From assembly GCA_973895155.1 (NCBI GenBank), contig OZ316896.1, positions 2,976,001 through 3,040,000 of the forward strand: a stretch of DNA of 64,000 bases, written 5' to 3'. Shown here in pieces: positions 13,901 through 26,410 of this stretch (its first letter is position 1; each line of letters begins with the position of its first letter). The stretch comes from Marsupella aquatica (Eukaryota > Plantae > Marchantiophyta). Made by a program: the position numbers and the translations under genes. The notes under the pieces are model-generated. The model saw nothing but the letters and a program-made list of their open reading frames with translations. It made no database searches and had not been told where the DNA came from.

Positions 13901-14838
13901 AAAATGTAGCGAGGGATGCTGACATGTCCATCAAACTATTGTTGGCAAGGGCAGGAGGATTCAAACGGCCGTGGCGTCAGGAGCGGCAGTGGCATCAGAA
14001 GTGCATTGGAGTAAAACGCCTGGACTAAAATGCGGCGAGTTATGCTGACATGGCCAAGCTGTGGTGTGCACGGCAGGAGTACGTTTTGAAACATGGAACA
14101 CAAAACGCCCAGAGTAAACGGCGAGAGAGAGGCACGGCCAGCAAGGGGCCTTGCAACAGCCCTCAGGGCCTGGACACAACCGTATTCACAATCAAATCAA
14201 ATGGCTCCTAAAAATGGTCAAACAATCTAACCGCCATGGATCACTCCCGCCCACTGCTGATTTTGTAAACAAACGATGATCAGAAAAGAGCGGGATCAGA
14301 TATTATAGTGTTAGATATATGTCACACATAATATTGAATATGTCGAATACTCTGAGTGTGTACAATACGGATCATGGAGGCCTGGAGGGAGTATCCTCCT
14401 TGATCCTCATGCATTGATTCTCATGCATTAATTAAAGTATTTCACTTTTTTGGGGTAATTAAAGTATTTCACTTTTTTGGGGATGTATGGTGTGATTATT
14501 TGGCTTGTCTTGGACAATGGTGTAACTTTTTGTGTCACTCTAAACTCAATTCACACTTAGATTTTATTACTTACCTTTAATTACATTTTTTAATTTTTAT
14601 GCCCTGCAAATTTGAATGATGACCACTCTAAAAAGTGGCGCAACTGTGTATTATACTTTAGGATAGTTCTTGATGGGAGGACTAATAGGAAACTGGCTTT
14701 TGGACCAAAATTTTACCCAATTTTAGCCAAAAGTGACCAACACTTTTCAAAGAGGTGGAATCTAGAAAATTTTGCCAATAAAAAAACACTAGCAGGTGCC
14801 TATGAGACTGACAAACCATATTCTCTGGATTCCTTTAA

Positions 14839-15044
14839 ACCACACCTGCCACTATAAAAGCCTCATTCCATGTTTCACTACTCACCATAAAAGGTGGAAC
14901 AGTAGCACCTTTTGTGGAATATTTTTCAAAAAAACGTTTTATAGTAAGCACCTTTTGTGGAACTCAAAGTCCATTCTTGAATCTCTCCTCTTTGAGAGTT
15001 GCATCTAGTCCTTTATAAGGGTCCTTTATAGGGGCAGGTGTGGT
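14839..15044. mobile_element. 206-bp MITE flanked by TTAA
   Basis: TTAA|ACCACACCTGCCACTATAAA ... TTTATAGGGGCAGGTGTGGT|TTAA. A solitary related end (TTTATAGTGACAGGTGTGGTTTAA) lies at ~32680-32702. Confidence 0.7.
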
Positions 15045-16481
15045 TTAAAGATGTTTAAAATAACCCATTAAGCTTCCTTTCCACTTCCCCCTCCACGGGG
15101 TAGGTTAGCGCAACCCTCTTCCCAAAAACGGCCAATTACCTCGTGTCGGACGTCCCCAACTGAACCGAATTGAAATGAATGCTGCGCGCACTGTCATCGG
15201 TTTCCAGACGAAGGTCTGCGAGGTCGAGCACGATCAATGTCTGCCAACTGCGAGTCAATCTTTTCATTTCTAAACATTTCTTGTTGGGTCCACTTGTAGT
15301 CCAATGAGTGAACGCACCGTTGAAGAAAGAACTGTAGCTGACTGATTACAAAAAGGTGTCCTAGAGAGAACTCTATGGTGTGGATTGAGTCTGGAACCAA
15401 ACACATAAGCTCGTCAGACTGACATGAATTATGGCTTAGTGTGACCTTGGTTCTTTGTTCGAGAGAGAGTTCCCTAGTCTCTCTCTAACTAGTCTTGCTA
15501 GGAAACTCTCTCTCAAACTAGTCTCGAACAAATACTCGAACAAATAGTTCGCTGCATACATACAATCACACTCGAACAAATACTCGAAAGACATGTCATG
15601 TCTTGTGGCAGGGCTAGATAGCTCATGATCAATCTGACAGAATTTGCTTTCTCGCTGGTATGACTCGACCATACTTGAGTTTCAATGGATTATAAATAGG
15701 ACGATGAGATACAGGGTTGAACGAAAAGTTCAACAATTCGGTTTTAATGTTCCGAGGATAAGTGGCAAACATGATCTCTCACTTTCGCCTAAACTATCTT
15801 TGATGAAGGGGCCTTGGCATCCCAAAAACTTCAACATACTAAGCTAAGCTATGAGCTGTGGAAGAGCTGGTAATTGGACCTTACAAAGGACTTGGGCTAT
15901 GGATGAAAATGGGATCTATGAGAGAATGCCATCGCCGTCCTTTGATTGTCGCCAATTTGACAACGGATACTTCCTAAGGCAATTTTGCAATCTACAGGGT
16001 AGACAATCGTAGCGGGAGCAGTTCTCCCTTCCAAAAAGCCCACAGAGGTGAGAGAGGGTAGCCGTATCTGAGCACCTCTAGCTGAGATTTGATCTTGAAC
16101 TCCATGCTGCCCAGTATCCTGGCTTTCAACCCAAGGTCTCCGAGGTCGAGAACCCTTAATATGTCAATTGAGAATCGCATCTTTGGTCATTCGTGAATTT
16201 TTCTTGTTGAGTCCGGCTCTAATCCGGCACCTTCTAACAGAGAGAAGTCGTTGGCTTCATAATTGTAGTTCGTCGTCTGCCAAGGCGCTCTGTGGGCGAA
16301 TGACTAGTCAGCGGTCTACATTATGGAACCAGATCTACTATATAGCTGACCACACCGACAACGCTTCGTTTCTCACTCTACTCTTGACGGAGATCCTAAA
16401 CTACGACACAGCCTCTCAACCTGTTATCATGCTAGGATCTGAAAGTATCTCTGCGGATAAGTAGTCTCTGTATGAGGCTCC

Positions 16482-17183
16482 TTACACCTTATTTGCCCCT
16501 GTTTCAGCCATCTCGATTCCACTGTCGCTGCTGTCCTTCAAGAGAAACTTGGCGTTGCTGGAGCCATTAGTGTCACCGTTCGCTGCCGTACTGTTCGGGG
16601 CGATTGGGGTCACGAACCCAAATCCTGAGGTTGTTAGAGAGTAACCTAACCCGTGTCTTCCAGATGGGAACACAGCGAAGACAACTCCCACTACAAGAGC
16701 TGCGAGAACCGGCCCGGTCTTCACAACTGTCGACGAAATCCCAGGATAGTAGCAAGTCGTTACCGGTGGTGTGAGGCAGGAAAGCGCACCGAACGTGATG
16801 ACATTGAGGGTACCATTCACAAAATCGGTGGAATTGATTGTGTATTCGCCTACAAAATCCTGTCCTCCCGTGAAGTATTCGTCCTTGTAAAATACATCCC
16901 CTGGTAAATTCAATTTCTTGAATTGCTTGTTGTACAACCCCTTTCTTGTCACGAGTCCGTAGTAGACCTTTCCAGTGTCTGTGGTGACGCTGTCCACAAA
17001 ACTCATGCCGAAACAAAGCGCGAAGAAAAGAAAAAGAAGGATTCCTGTAACAATTTTCTCGGGTAAACCGCACACTCCATTGTTCGTGAAGAGTGGAGCT
17101 AGCGACTGGAATGCGAGGAATGTGCCCGTTGGAAGGAGGTGGGACAGATTTGTAAGAATATCAGATGAATTCCTAGTCGACAT
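16482..17183 (-). CDS. DMP: DUF679 domain membrane protein (DMP family)
   Basis: Intact 233-aa ORF with LSHLLPTGTFLAFQSLAPLFTNNGVC, SFVDS...GKVYYGLVT.KGL, DFV, CYYP and FPSGRHGLGY, all typical DUF679 motifs. Confidence 0.9.
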   Translation of the reverse strand: MSTRNSSDILTNLSHLLPTGTFLAFQSLAPLFTNNGVCGLPEKIVTGILLFLFFALCFGMSFVDSVTTDTGKVYYGLVTRKGLYNKQFKKLNLPGDVFYKDEYFTGGQDFVGEYTINSTDFVNGTLNVITFGALSCLTPPVTTCYYPGISSTVVKTGPVLAALVVGVVFAVFPSGRHGLGYSLTTSGFGFVTPIAPNSTAANGDTNGSSNAKFLLKDSSDSGIEMAETGANKV

Positions 17184-20100
17184 CTTAGCTGTAGGATTCG
17201 AGCCCAGTATTTACAACCCGGTCTAGCTAGAATCGACGAACTTTACGTTAGCGACAAATTAAGATTCTCTATGTTTCCACGCTCCTGTCGGGAGACTGTC
17301 TCATCTAGGTAACCTTGATCAATCTCCACCGAGTGAGCGTGTAATCAACACAACTGCAAAAGATTGGAGTGGATATCTAAAATACGTTTGTTCTGGATAT
17401 CGAGCAGATCTCTAGAGGAGGCAAGGAATCATGATTGATGTCTACGTTTATGCAATTTCTGGAAACCACAAAGCTAAAGGTAAAACTATCAAGTCTCCGT
17501 CAAGATGTAGTCGACTCTGTACTCGATGAATGAATGACAGAAACAAACGCCCACCGCAAAAGTACATGTGACGTTTCAAACCTGAAATACTCACAGCTAG
17601 CTCAGAGGACTGGAGTATAGCTGGACATAAGATTGTTCACCCCAACAGCTGCGGCATAACGTGGCGGGGTGATTGATTTCGCTGGTACCACTAGAAACAG
17701 CACAGAGAAGTGCGCAAGGATTGAGCTCTGTCTCGTGAACACCATTTCATATATTTATACTGAGTCAAGGAATGTTGCCGACGTACCTTCGAACGCCGAA
17801 AGATCAGCATACAAGTCAGTCTGTACCAATTATTTGGCACGTTTTCCAGTCTGTGAACGAATGAACGATCTCGAGGAGAGTCTCACCTTTAATGCGACTA
17901 CTGGATACGTCTCAGGGGGATCCAGCATCAGCACAAACACAATCAGCGGGCTAGCTAGAATGCTAGATTCATTTCTCTCAAGAGTTATCCAGGACTCGTG
18001 GAAATAGAAGCGTGCGAGATGACGACTATAGGCCCTGGGCAAGACCGGAAAGAGTTTGACTTCCAAATTGACCAAAATTTATAATTTTGTGAGGTCCCGC
18101 CATGGTCTTGGCTAGAGCGTTATCACGGAGCTGACAGAGACTCTGCACCCGTGTGCACCTCGTGATTTGAGCGGATGCAGATCCCTGAGAAAGGTCACTC
18201 TTCAGGAATTTCTGCAGTAGATAGTGATTCTACTTTAAAGTACTTTCAATTCAATGGAAGTTTAGTACGTACTGGGGTTTCTCTCGTTAACTGGAACTAA
18301 CTGTGTAAGAAGCTCTAATCATGACATTGTAATTGTCATGTTCACAACAAGAAGGTCCAGCGTTGAAAACATCGGTGTTGAATATATAGCAGCTTACTAT
18401 CAATTCCGGGAGTAAACAAATCGTTCAAGTGTATCACTCTTCCTACATGCTAATAGACTTATTCATCGTGGCAAAAAATAAAGTACTTTAGATTGGGAAG
18501 TACAGTTCAGTTGGCGACGAGCTGACCGTATGCCCTGGTGGTCTTTGATTGAATAGAAGAACAGTGGGGCTGGACCTGACTGCCATATATATTATACATC
18601 AAAATAGCAGTATGTACACTTTTCTAGAGATCATGGCTTGATGATCTAAGCGATACCGCAAGGGCGCCTGCCATCGGTGCCAAGGTGGATCTGGGACCTT
18701 TTGGTTTATAACAGCACCGAAGGATCTTTGCGGTTAAGAAAACAATCTCGGCCCAAAGTCGATGCGAGGCGGCAACAGTTCTAGGCACAAGCAACGCCTT
18801 CGTTAGGGCAGTTTTGGTACAGGCAAATTTACTGCAGCGGATCGTTCTGGAAAATGGATTTAATCGTTTTTCTTCAATTTTCGCTTAGACCGATCATTGC
18901 ACTTAATAAGGTCAATTCGAGTTTTTAGTTAGAAGAGCCTCTCTCAGAAAATTCATTACGACCAAATGGTAGTCAAATACACTGTAGTACAATGCTGCAG
19001 TTTGATAGCCAAACCTCGTGCCTATTGGAATTTAATAATATTCAGCGTCTGCAATGTCGCCGGCCTCGACGTTACGTTACTCAGTCTACCTTTTCTCTTT
19101 TGGGGTCGATGGTCAGTGAGCACGTGTATTCGCAGTTTTGAGACTGATTGGATCGAAAAACGAATCGAACTACAGATACTAGGCCATGAGGTCCAGCTAG
19201 TACAAGGGAAGGAACATGTTTACTTTCATTTCTCGAAATTGTCGTGTACTCATGCAGGTTCTACATACAGCGTAGCACAGAGATGGGGGCAGTGCGCACA
19301 GCTTCCCATGTCAAGATTGTTGCAAGACTGACTTTGGACAGGAGAGCACTAGAAAGTAGACACAGCGAGTCTACGACCAGCCATGCGCCCCAAGTCTGCA
19401 CGCGACCAGATAACGTACCGTAGACCAGACTCCACAGCTGGGAGTCCAGACTCCACATGATTCTGCTCTCGACCGGCCCCACGATCCTCGTGGACGATCA
19501 ATATAGGATCTAGCCCCGAAAGACAAGGAGAGAAAGAGTCTAGTCTCTAGTGCTGCTGCTCTTTTACCAGCTATGGAAGTTGACTCATTGCTCAACCTTC
19601 TGTAACAAGTTAGACCAGTTTATCAGATTGGGTTAGAGTACTGTGTGTGATACTCCTTGACTTGTTGGGCCTCTTTGGTCTTCGTGGGTTCTTTTGCCTT
19701 TGTGCTTATGTCTCCCAGTTTGACACGCTCCTGGCCTCTTTTTGGCAGTGTGGTATTTATGTTAGAGTCACTGATTTGCTCCTTTAAAATGTGTTGCAAG
19801 GGAGCCCAAATGGCGACTGCCACAACCAGTCCTTTTTGCGCACAGCTGCTACCAGTCCATTTGCACAGGGCTCGATGATGATGGAACGCAAGTTTTACTG
19901 ACTTATCCTCCAAACTCAATGGTCCAGATCTGGTCCAAATTTGACCTACATAGATGAGCTGACCTACACAGATCTAAGGGTCATACAAGTCAAGTACCAT
20001 CTCAAAATCGGGCTCAAAATGACGATAGTAAAAACAATTTTGGTCACTTAGCTAAAGATGCTTTTGTCTTGCTTGTGGTTATAGTCAAAGTAGCATTTTC

Positions 20101-21173
20101 CTATTTAGGACACATTATAATGATCTAATAGTTAAACAAACAAACAAATGATGATAAAATAAATCTAGTGCTCTCATTCGAGTTTTAAATTCTTACTTTC
20201 ATTAAATCTTTTACTTGAAAGGTATGTGACCAAGTACTATTGGTTATACTGATAATAACTTTTTATTGATTGTACCCATTTCTTTCTGCTGTTCTCAACA
20301 AATTCCTTGATCCAAAACTCCATTATTTGTGCTTTTGCTCTCAATCTTTAGTTGTTATCCTTTGTATATGAGTTCCTTACATGGTCATCATGAACTCGTG
20401 GACTCGTCTTTACTGGTGGTCTTTATTTCTGTGTTATTCAGCTTGAATGGGGTCTTTGAGTCCTTTGACCTTTCTTGGCCTTGGTCGAAGATATTGGGTT
20501 TGCCAGTTTGATTGCTCTGACAAGGTTTGTTGGTCTACAGTAGCTATTTAAATAAATTATTGACCTCAACCACTAGGGACTCACGTACGAACTAACCCAG
20601 AACTCTATCGACCTAGTAGCAAAATAATGCAACAGGAATATTTCAAAAACAATACTGGCCCTGTTGTAGTTCCTTGACATGTGGTTTTGATGGGGGGAAA
20701 ATAAATGAGAACCTAGTATTATAATTATACGATTTGACCAATTGGTCCCAATGAATGAAAACAAGCCTCAAGATGTGGTCTACAACTTCCCCACAATTGA
20801 AAATGCTTTGCATATAGGCAAAGACTAACCTTGAGTTCATCATGTAGGTTCACTAAACTTGGGTTTTTGGCAAATTCTGCTTCCAATTTCAAAGAATTAA
20901 ATTAAAAAATAAATGTGATGCTAAGGGAGAATTAAAGGTGTTTTACTGTAGATTTTGCCAAAATTGGTGATATTTGAAAAACTTAGCTAACAGAATTGTC
21001 AATTATCTACTTCTATAATATGTGATTCGGTCAAAAAGAGTCTTTTCGTATGCTTACAAAATTGAGTGGAGCAAACAAAAGCTAGTCATCAAACATATTT
21101 TGGACCTTTTTTTCACCATTATTGTGTGCAATTGTGGTACCCAAGGAAGGCCTATAATCTTGGGTGGGCCTAT

Positions 21174-21501
21174 TGTAGAGGTTAACTAAGTCTGGGGTTG
21201 AACTATGGTTAGTATGTTAACTAGGGTTAGAGTGTTAACCCTAGTTGAAGAGATTGGTCCTTATCTCTTCAACTTCTATGTGGTGTGAGAACACACAAGA
21301 GAGTTCTCAAGAGAGAACACAGGGATATAGAAAGAGATGAGAGCTTGAAGAGATGAGAGCTATATGGTGATGCATGAGTAGACACATAACCATTAATAAA
21401 GCTTGGTCTTCTCGTGGACTTAGCCAACCTTGAGGCGAATCACGTAACTATTGAACACGTGTATGTTTGGAGTGTTTTTCCTGATCTGATTTCTCCCCAC
21501 A
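21174..21501 (+). repeat. 5' LTR of copia element
   Basis: TGTAGAGG...CCCCACA, near-identical to 25772-26097 (about 10 substitutions and one 2-bp indel by eye). Confidence 0.95.
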
Positions 21502-21503
21502 AT

Positions 21504-21515
21504 TGGTATCAGAGC
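21504..21515 (+). other. Primer binding site complementary to initiator tRNA-Met
   Basis: TGGTATCAGAGC two bases after the 5' LTR. Confidence 0.9.
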
Positions 21516-22353
21516 TCAGATTTTTTCAGTCGATTAGGAACTCCATGAAACTTGCTTCAAGCAAAGCGAACATCGAATGATTTCCTCTTTGAAGCGGAGC
21601 TATTGGAAGAAGATCGGACTCAATCTTTTCACAAGTGTGGAGCACACAACCAGGGGCTCACTTCAGTGAAGCAATGAAGGCCTGAGGTCAGAAACGGAAA
21701 CAATTTTTCTGAATCTGAAATCAGAATTGGATTTCGTCAAAAACTGAGACGGGAATTTGAGTGAATCCGCCGAGGGGTACTTTCTGTCGCGAGTAGTCGC
21801 GACTTGCGCGGGATCGCGAGGAGGTCAAAAAGTTTGAGGAGGCCTTTTAGGGCTCGACAGGGCTTGGGCAGGGGGAAGTGCCCCCTGTGAATTTTCCCCC
21901 TAGGGGCTGTACAAGGGCGGACAGAATTTCCCGGAAATATTCTTTTCCAGAGGCTTAAATTTTTACCGAAGGTCAAAGATTCCGAGCGGCAAACAACATC
22001 GGATCAACTTCAACTTTTGGAGATGCGTGCTTGGGGAAGCTAGGCAAGTATTGGTGCATTCAATTCTGAAAAAGTATACTAGTAGAATCTTTGGCATAAA
22101 AGATTCCCTCGAGGGGTAATTATTTTATCTTTTACCCCCCTCCAGTCGGAGTAAAAATTCTCGGCACTCGAGAGTCCATTTGACAAACCGTTTTCAGAAT
22201 TTGGAGCGTTACCTTGTGGACTACACATAGAAGTGATCAGTTTCAAAATTCACCAACTTTCATTTTTGGCCTTATTTTCACACCCCACATCTGAGCATTC
22301 GACGTTTAATTCTTGTCGGAAGATGACTCCACACTACATTTGGCATTCCAGCG

Positions 22354-25300
22354 ATGGCGACTACTAGGATTGGAGGTCAAAGGTTTGAGGTGGAAAAATT
22401 TGATGGTCGGATGGACTATACAATGTGGGAACGTAACGTGAGGGATGCACTTAGGGCAATAGGCCTAGGCAAGGTACTAAGATCTCAACCCAAGGAGATG
22501 GAAGATGATGATTGGCATGATCTCCAGGATCAAGCGGTAAATATTGTTGGCATGTACCTAAAAAACAATGTGAAGAAACAATTTGAGGAAAAAGCAACAC
22601 AAACGGTGACGGACTTGTTTTAAGCATTGCGCAACAAGTACTACAAGAAAGAGATGTCAAACCGAATGTATGCAAGCCTGAAGCTCATGCAATTCAAAAT
22701 GGCTGATGGAGTCAAGATTCAAGATCATATCGATCAGTTCAATGATCTTGTGGTTGACCTAGAGAATTTGGGGGATGGATCAACTGAAGTTCTTATTGGC
22801 AAGAGGAAAAGAAACATCTATGTCTTGGAAGGCACCACCCTTCTTGCCAAAGTCAATTTGGTCACATCTCAGGAAGAGAAAATCAATTTATGGCATGCTC
22901 GGCTTGGTCACATGAGTGAAAAAAGTTTGGAAATCCTACACAAGCGACATCTCCTACCAGGATTGCAAGCATGCAAGTTAAGTTTTTATGATCATTGCAT
23001 TGTCGGCAAGAAAATAAGAACTCCATTTCCGACTGCCATTCATCATTCTAAAATTATACTTGAGTATATTCATTCCGATGTGTGGGGTCCTGCTCCGGTT
23101 CCTCACATTCAGGCAAACAATACTATGTATCGTTTATCGATGATTACTCAAGGTTTGTTTGGATTTATCTCATTGCCCATAAGTTTGAAGTGCTTTCCAT
23201 CTTCAAACAATGGATAGCTCAAGTTGAGACACAGACTGCAAAGAATGTGAGATATCTACGATCAGATAATGGTGATGAATACACCTCTAGCGAGTTCAAC
23301 ACGTATTGTGCAAATAAGGGAATTACTCACCATCTCACAACTGTGTACACTCCTGAGCAAAATGATGTTGCTGAGCGACTCAATCGCACATTGTTGGAGC
23401 GAGCAAGGAGCATGTTGAGCCACTCTAAATTACCACAAATCTTTTGGGCAGAAGCTGTCAACATAGCTGCTTATCTAGTAAATCTCTCTCCTAGTCGGGC
23501 AATTACCTACAAAACCCCCTTTGAGCTATGGCACAATCGACCTGCTGATTATTCAAAGCTTAAGGTTTTCGGCTGTAAAGCATATGCACATGTTCCTAGC
23601 AACAATAAGACTAAGCTAGATCCTAGAGCCCATAAATGCATTTTTCTTGGTTATCAGCGTGATGTTAAAGGATATCGATTGTGGGATCCACTTGATTGCA
23701 AGTTACTTGTTAGTCGGGATGTATCCTTCAATGAAGCCAAATCATTGAAGGAGGGGAAGATAGGTCAATTCTCTACTACTAACAACGAGCAATCTCCTCC
23801 TCTAGAGGATTTAAGGGGAGAGGATGTGTCAAATGAAGAATATGTTGACACTACTATAAGGCAAAGCGCACTACAATCAGATCAGCCAGAGTCTTCACAA
23901 CTCGTAAACGTCAAACCCGGGAAAGGTATGGAACTTGGCTTCCTTCTGATCAGACATGTGGATTTGGATGAAGAATCTATTGATGCATTGGTGACAGAAG
24001 ATGGAGATCCATCCTCATTTCGAGAGGTCCTAGCTTCTACGGAGAAGCAACAGTGGCAGGTGGTGATGCGCATGAAAATGAAATCACTTCATGATAACAA
24101 GACTTGGAAACTCACAAGTCTACCTAGTGACAAGCAGGCTATTGACAGCAAGTGGGTGTATAGGAAGAAAGATGGACCCACAAAGGATGCTGAGAAGATA
24201 TTTAAGGCTCGGTTGGTAGCCAAGGGTTTTACTCAACAGAAAGGTATAGACTACAATGAGGTTTTTTCACCCGTAACAAAGTATTCAACATTATGTTTGC
24301 TATGTGCTCTTGTAGTTTTATTTGATCTGGTTTTAGATCAAATGGATGTTGTCACGGCATTCTTATATGGATCGTTAGATGAGGTGATTTACATGAGGCA
24401 ACCAAAGGGTTTTGTGCAAAAGGGCAAGGAAATTTTGGTATGCAGGTTGCTAAAATCCTTGTATGGATTAAAGCAGAGCCCAAGGCAGTGAAACAAGCGT
24501 TTTGATGAACTTTTGAAATCGCTTGGATTTGTGCGAAGCATGTACGATCCATGTGTTTACATCAGGCGTGTGAACAACACAGGTTTTAAGCTTGTCATCC
24601 TTGTACTTTATGTGGATGACATGCTCATTGCAGCACAGGATAGGGGCGAAGTTGATAAGCTTAAGGCCCAACTCAGTTCTGAGTTTAAGATGAAGGATTT
24701 GGGCACAGTCAAGAGGATCCTAGGCATGGAGATTGTCAATGATGTTAACAAAGCCAAACTTTGGCTGACGCAGAAAAGATATGCAGAGAAGGTACTCTCA
24801 AAATTCAACATGGCAGATGCTAAGGCTGTGAGTGTTCCTTTGGCTAGGCATTTCAATATTTCTGCAGCATTTTGTCCATCGGATGCGACAGAAAAAAGTT
24901 TGATGTCCAAAGTTCCTTATGAAAGTGCTGTGGGTAGTTTAATGTATCTCATGGTATGCACCCGACCAGACATAGCTTATGCCGTTAGCAAGGTAAGTAG
25001 ATACATGGCAAATCCAGGAAAAGTTCATTGGGAAACAGTGAAATGGATTTTGCACTACATCAGAGGTTCCACTAAGAAGGGTTTATTGTTTGATGCAAGT
25101 TCAAACAATATGAAAGTGCTTCAAGGTTATGTGGATGCAGACTACGCAGGTGATCTGGATAAGAGGAGATCGACAAGTGGATATGTATTTACAGTTGCTG
25201 ATGGATGCATTAGTTGGAAGTCTACTCTCCAAAAGTGTGTTGCAAAGTTTACTATGGATGCCGAGTATGTAGCGGTAGCAGAAGCAGCATTAGAGACCAT

Positions 25301-25577
25301 TTGGTTGAAAAAGCTTGTCACGAAGATGGGCTTATCACAAGATTGTGTCTATCTTCATTGTGACAGTCAAAGTGCAATTTACACTGCCAAGAATCAGGTG
25401 ATGGATGGTAGGGTAAAGCACATTGATGTCCGCTATCATTTCATCCGAAAGGCATTATCGGATGATGAGTTTGAGCTTGTCAAGATTGATGGAAAGCTTA
25501 ATCCAGCGGATGCTTTTACCAAAGTATTAGACTCCAATAGTTTTTCAAGGCATTGTAATTATTTACAAATATTGTAA
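22354..25577 (+). pseudogene. Copia gag-pol (partial gag, integrase, RT, RNase H) with internal deletion, stops and frameshift
   Basis: VEKFDG gag start, LWHARLGH GAG-pre-integrase, LRSDNG/TPEQN/AERLNRTL integrase, KARLVAKG, QMDVVTAFL, LYVDD RT and DADYAGD...KHIDVRYH RNase H. Stops at ~22621 and ~24489, frameshift at ~23100; zinc knuckle and protease are missing. Confidence 0.95.
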
Positions 25578-25771
25578 ATATAGAGTTAACCAAGAAAATG
25601 TCTCTATATGAGTACTCCATCCGATGGCTTATCGGCTACAGCTTAGTTCTAGTTAACCCTTGCATTAGGGGGAGGGTCTTTTGGCCCTACTGTCTTGAAC
25701 TTCCCTCGGAGGAACTTGTAAGGAAAAGACAATGTTATGAACCCTCCCAAGACGTGAGTCAAGGGGGAGTT

Positions 25772-26097
25772 TGTAGAGGTTAACTCAGTCTTGGGTTGAA
25801 CTATGGTTAGTATGTTAACTAGGGTTAGAGTGTTAACCCTAGTTGAAGAGATTGGTCCTTATCTCTTCAACTTCTATGTGGTGTGAGAACACACAAGAGA
25901 GTTCTCAAGAGAGAACACAGGGATACAGCAAGAGATGAGAGCTTGAAGAGATGAGAGCTATGGTGATGCATGAGTAGACACATAACCATTAATAAAACTT
26001 GGTTTTCCCGTGGACATAGCCAACCTTGAGGCGAACCACGTAACTATTGAACATGTGTATGTTTGGAGTGTTTTTCCTGATCTGATTTCTCCCCACA
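25772..26097 (+). repeat. 3' LTR of copia element
   Basis: Preceded by a polypurine tract and followed by TSD CCTAT. Confidence 0.95.
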
Positions 26098-26111
26098 CCT
26101 ATAACCTCTAC

Positions 26112-26410
26112 CTCGGGTTATCACTTCTTTTCTTTCAACCCATCGTCCGCGAAGAAGCTAGGGGTTTTTTAATTCAATTGCATGGAAGACTTGAAAAAAT
26201 CTGTTGAAGAAATATGTAGGAGTGTTTTAATCCAAATTTGAGAATTATAAGAACTATATGGGTTTTTAATACCAAATGTAAGAATATTCTATAAAGTTAA
26301 GGGAAAATTTAGGTACAAATCTACTTTATTTCTTAAGTTTTAGGTGGGGTTTTAGGATGTTTATTACTTTGTGCATGATATAGGACCTCCCTTGGAATGA
26401 GGTCCCCGAG
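26112..26410. mobile_element. ~299-bp diverged MITE of the CTCGGG-TIR (P-like) family
   Basis: Ends CTCGGGTTATCACT ... GAATGAGGTCCCCGAG. Length and internal AT-rich sequence (GGAAGACTT...TTTGAGAATTATAAGAA...GAATATTC) parallel the reverse complement of the 49549-49845 MITE. No intact TSD. Confidence 0.6.

Larger units (their letters stand above)
6277..14315 (-). mobile_element. Inner, formerly autonomous Helitron (~8 kb)
   Basis: 5' A|TCTAACACTATAATATC at 14315 and 3' CGTGCAACGCACGGGCATGGGGCTAG|T at 6277; encodes RepHel. The flanks rejoin to ACAAAA|TATATGTCACAC, similar to the outer copy's ACAAAAATTATGATGCACAC. Confidence 0.9.
4371..14663 (-). mobile_element. Middle non-autonomous Helitron (own sequence 4371-6276 + 14316-14663)
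   Basis: Minus-strand 3' end GTGCAACGCACGGGTATTGAGCTAG|T at 4371 and 5' end A|TCCTAAAGTATAATACAC at 14663. Same family as the outer copy. Confidence 0.75.
2836..14673 (-). mobile_element. Outer non-autonomous Helitron (own sequence 2836-4370 + 14664-14673)
   Basis: Minus-strand 3' end GTGCAAGGCACAGGTATTGAGCTAG|T at 2836. The inferred 5' end A|TCAAGAACTA at 14673 continues into TAATACATAG at 4370. The body 2836-4370 is homologous to 4371-6276 + 14316-14663. Confidence 0.65.
21174..26097 (+). mobile_element. Ty1/copia LTR retrotransposon with both LTRs, defective
   Basis: TG...CA LTRs at 21174-21501 and 25772-26097; 5-bp TSD CCTAT on both sides; PBS TGGTATCAGAGC; PPT AAGGGGGAG. Confidence 0.97.

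Noticed and set aside
13106-13964. Several long overlapping Pro/Gly-rich ORFs
   Set aside because: Stop-poor GC-rich repeats in the Helitron 5' region; no recognisable domain.
19318-19607. Possible solo LTR (TGTTGCA...TGTAACA with a TATA-like motif)
   Set aside because: The flanks give no convincing 5-bp TSD and there is no second copy in the window.
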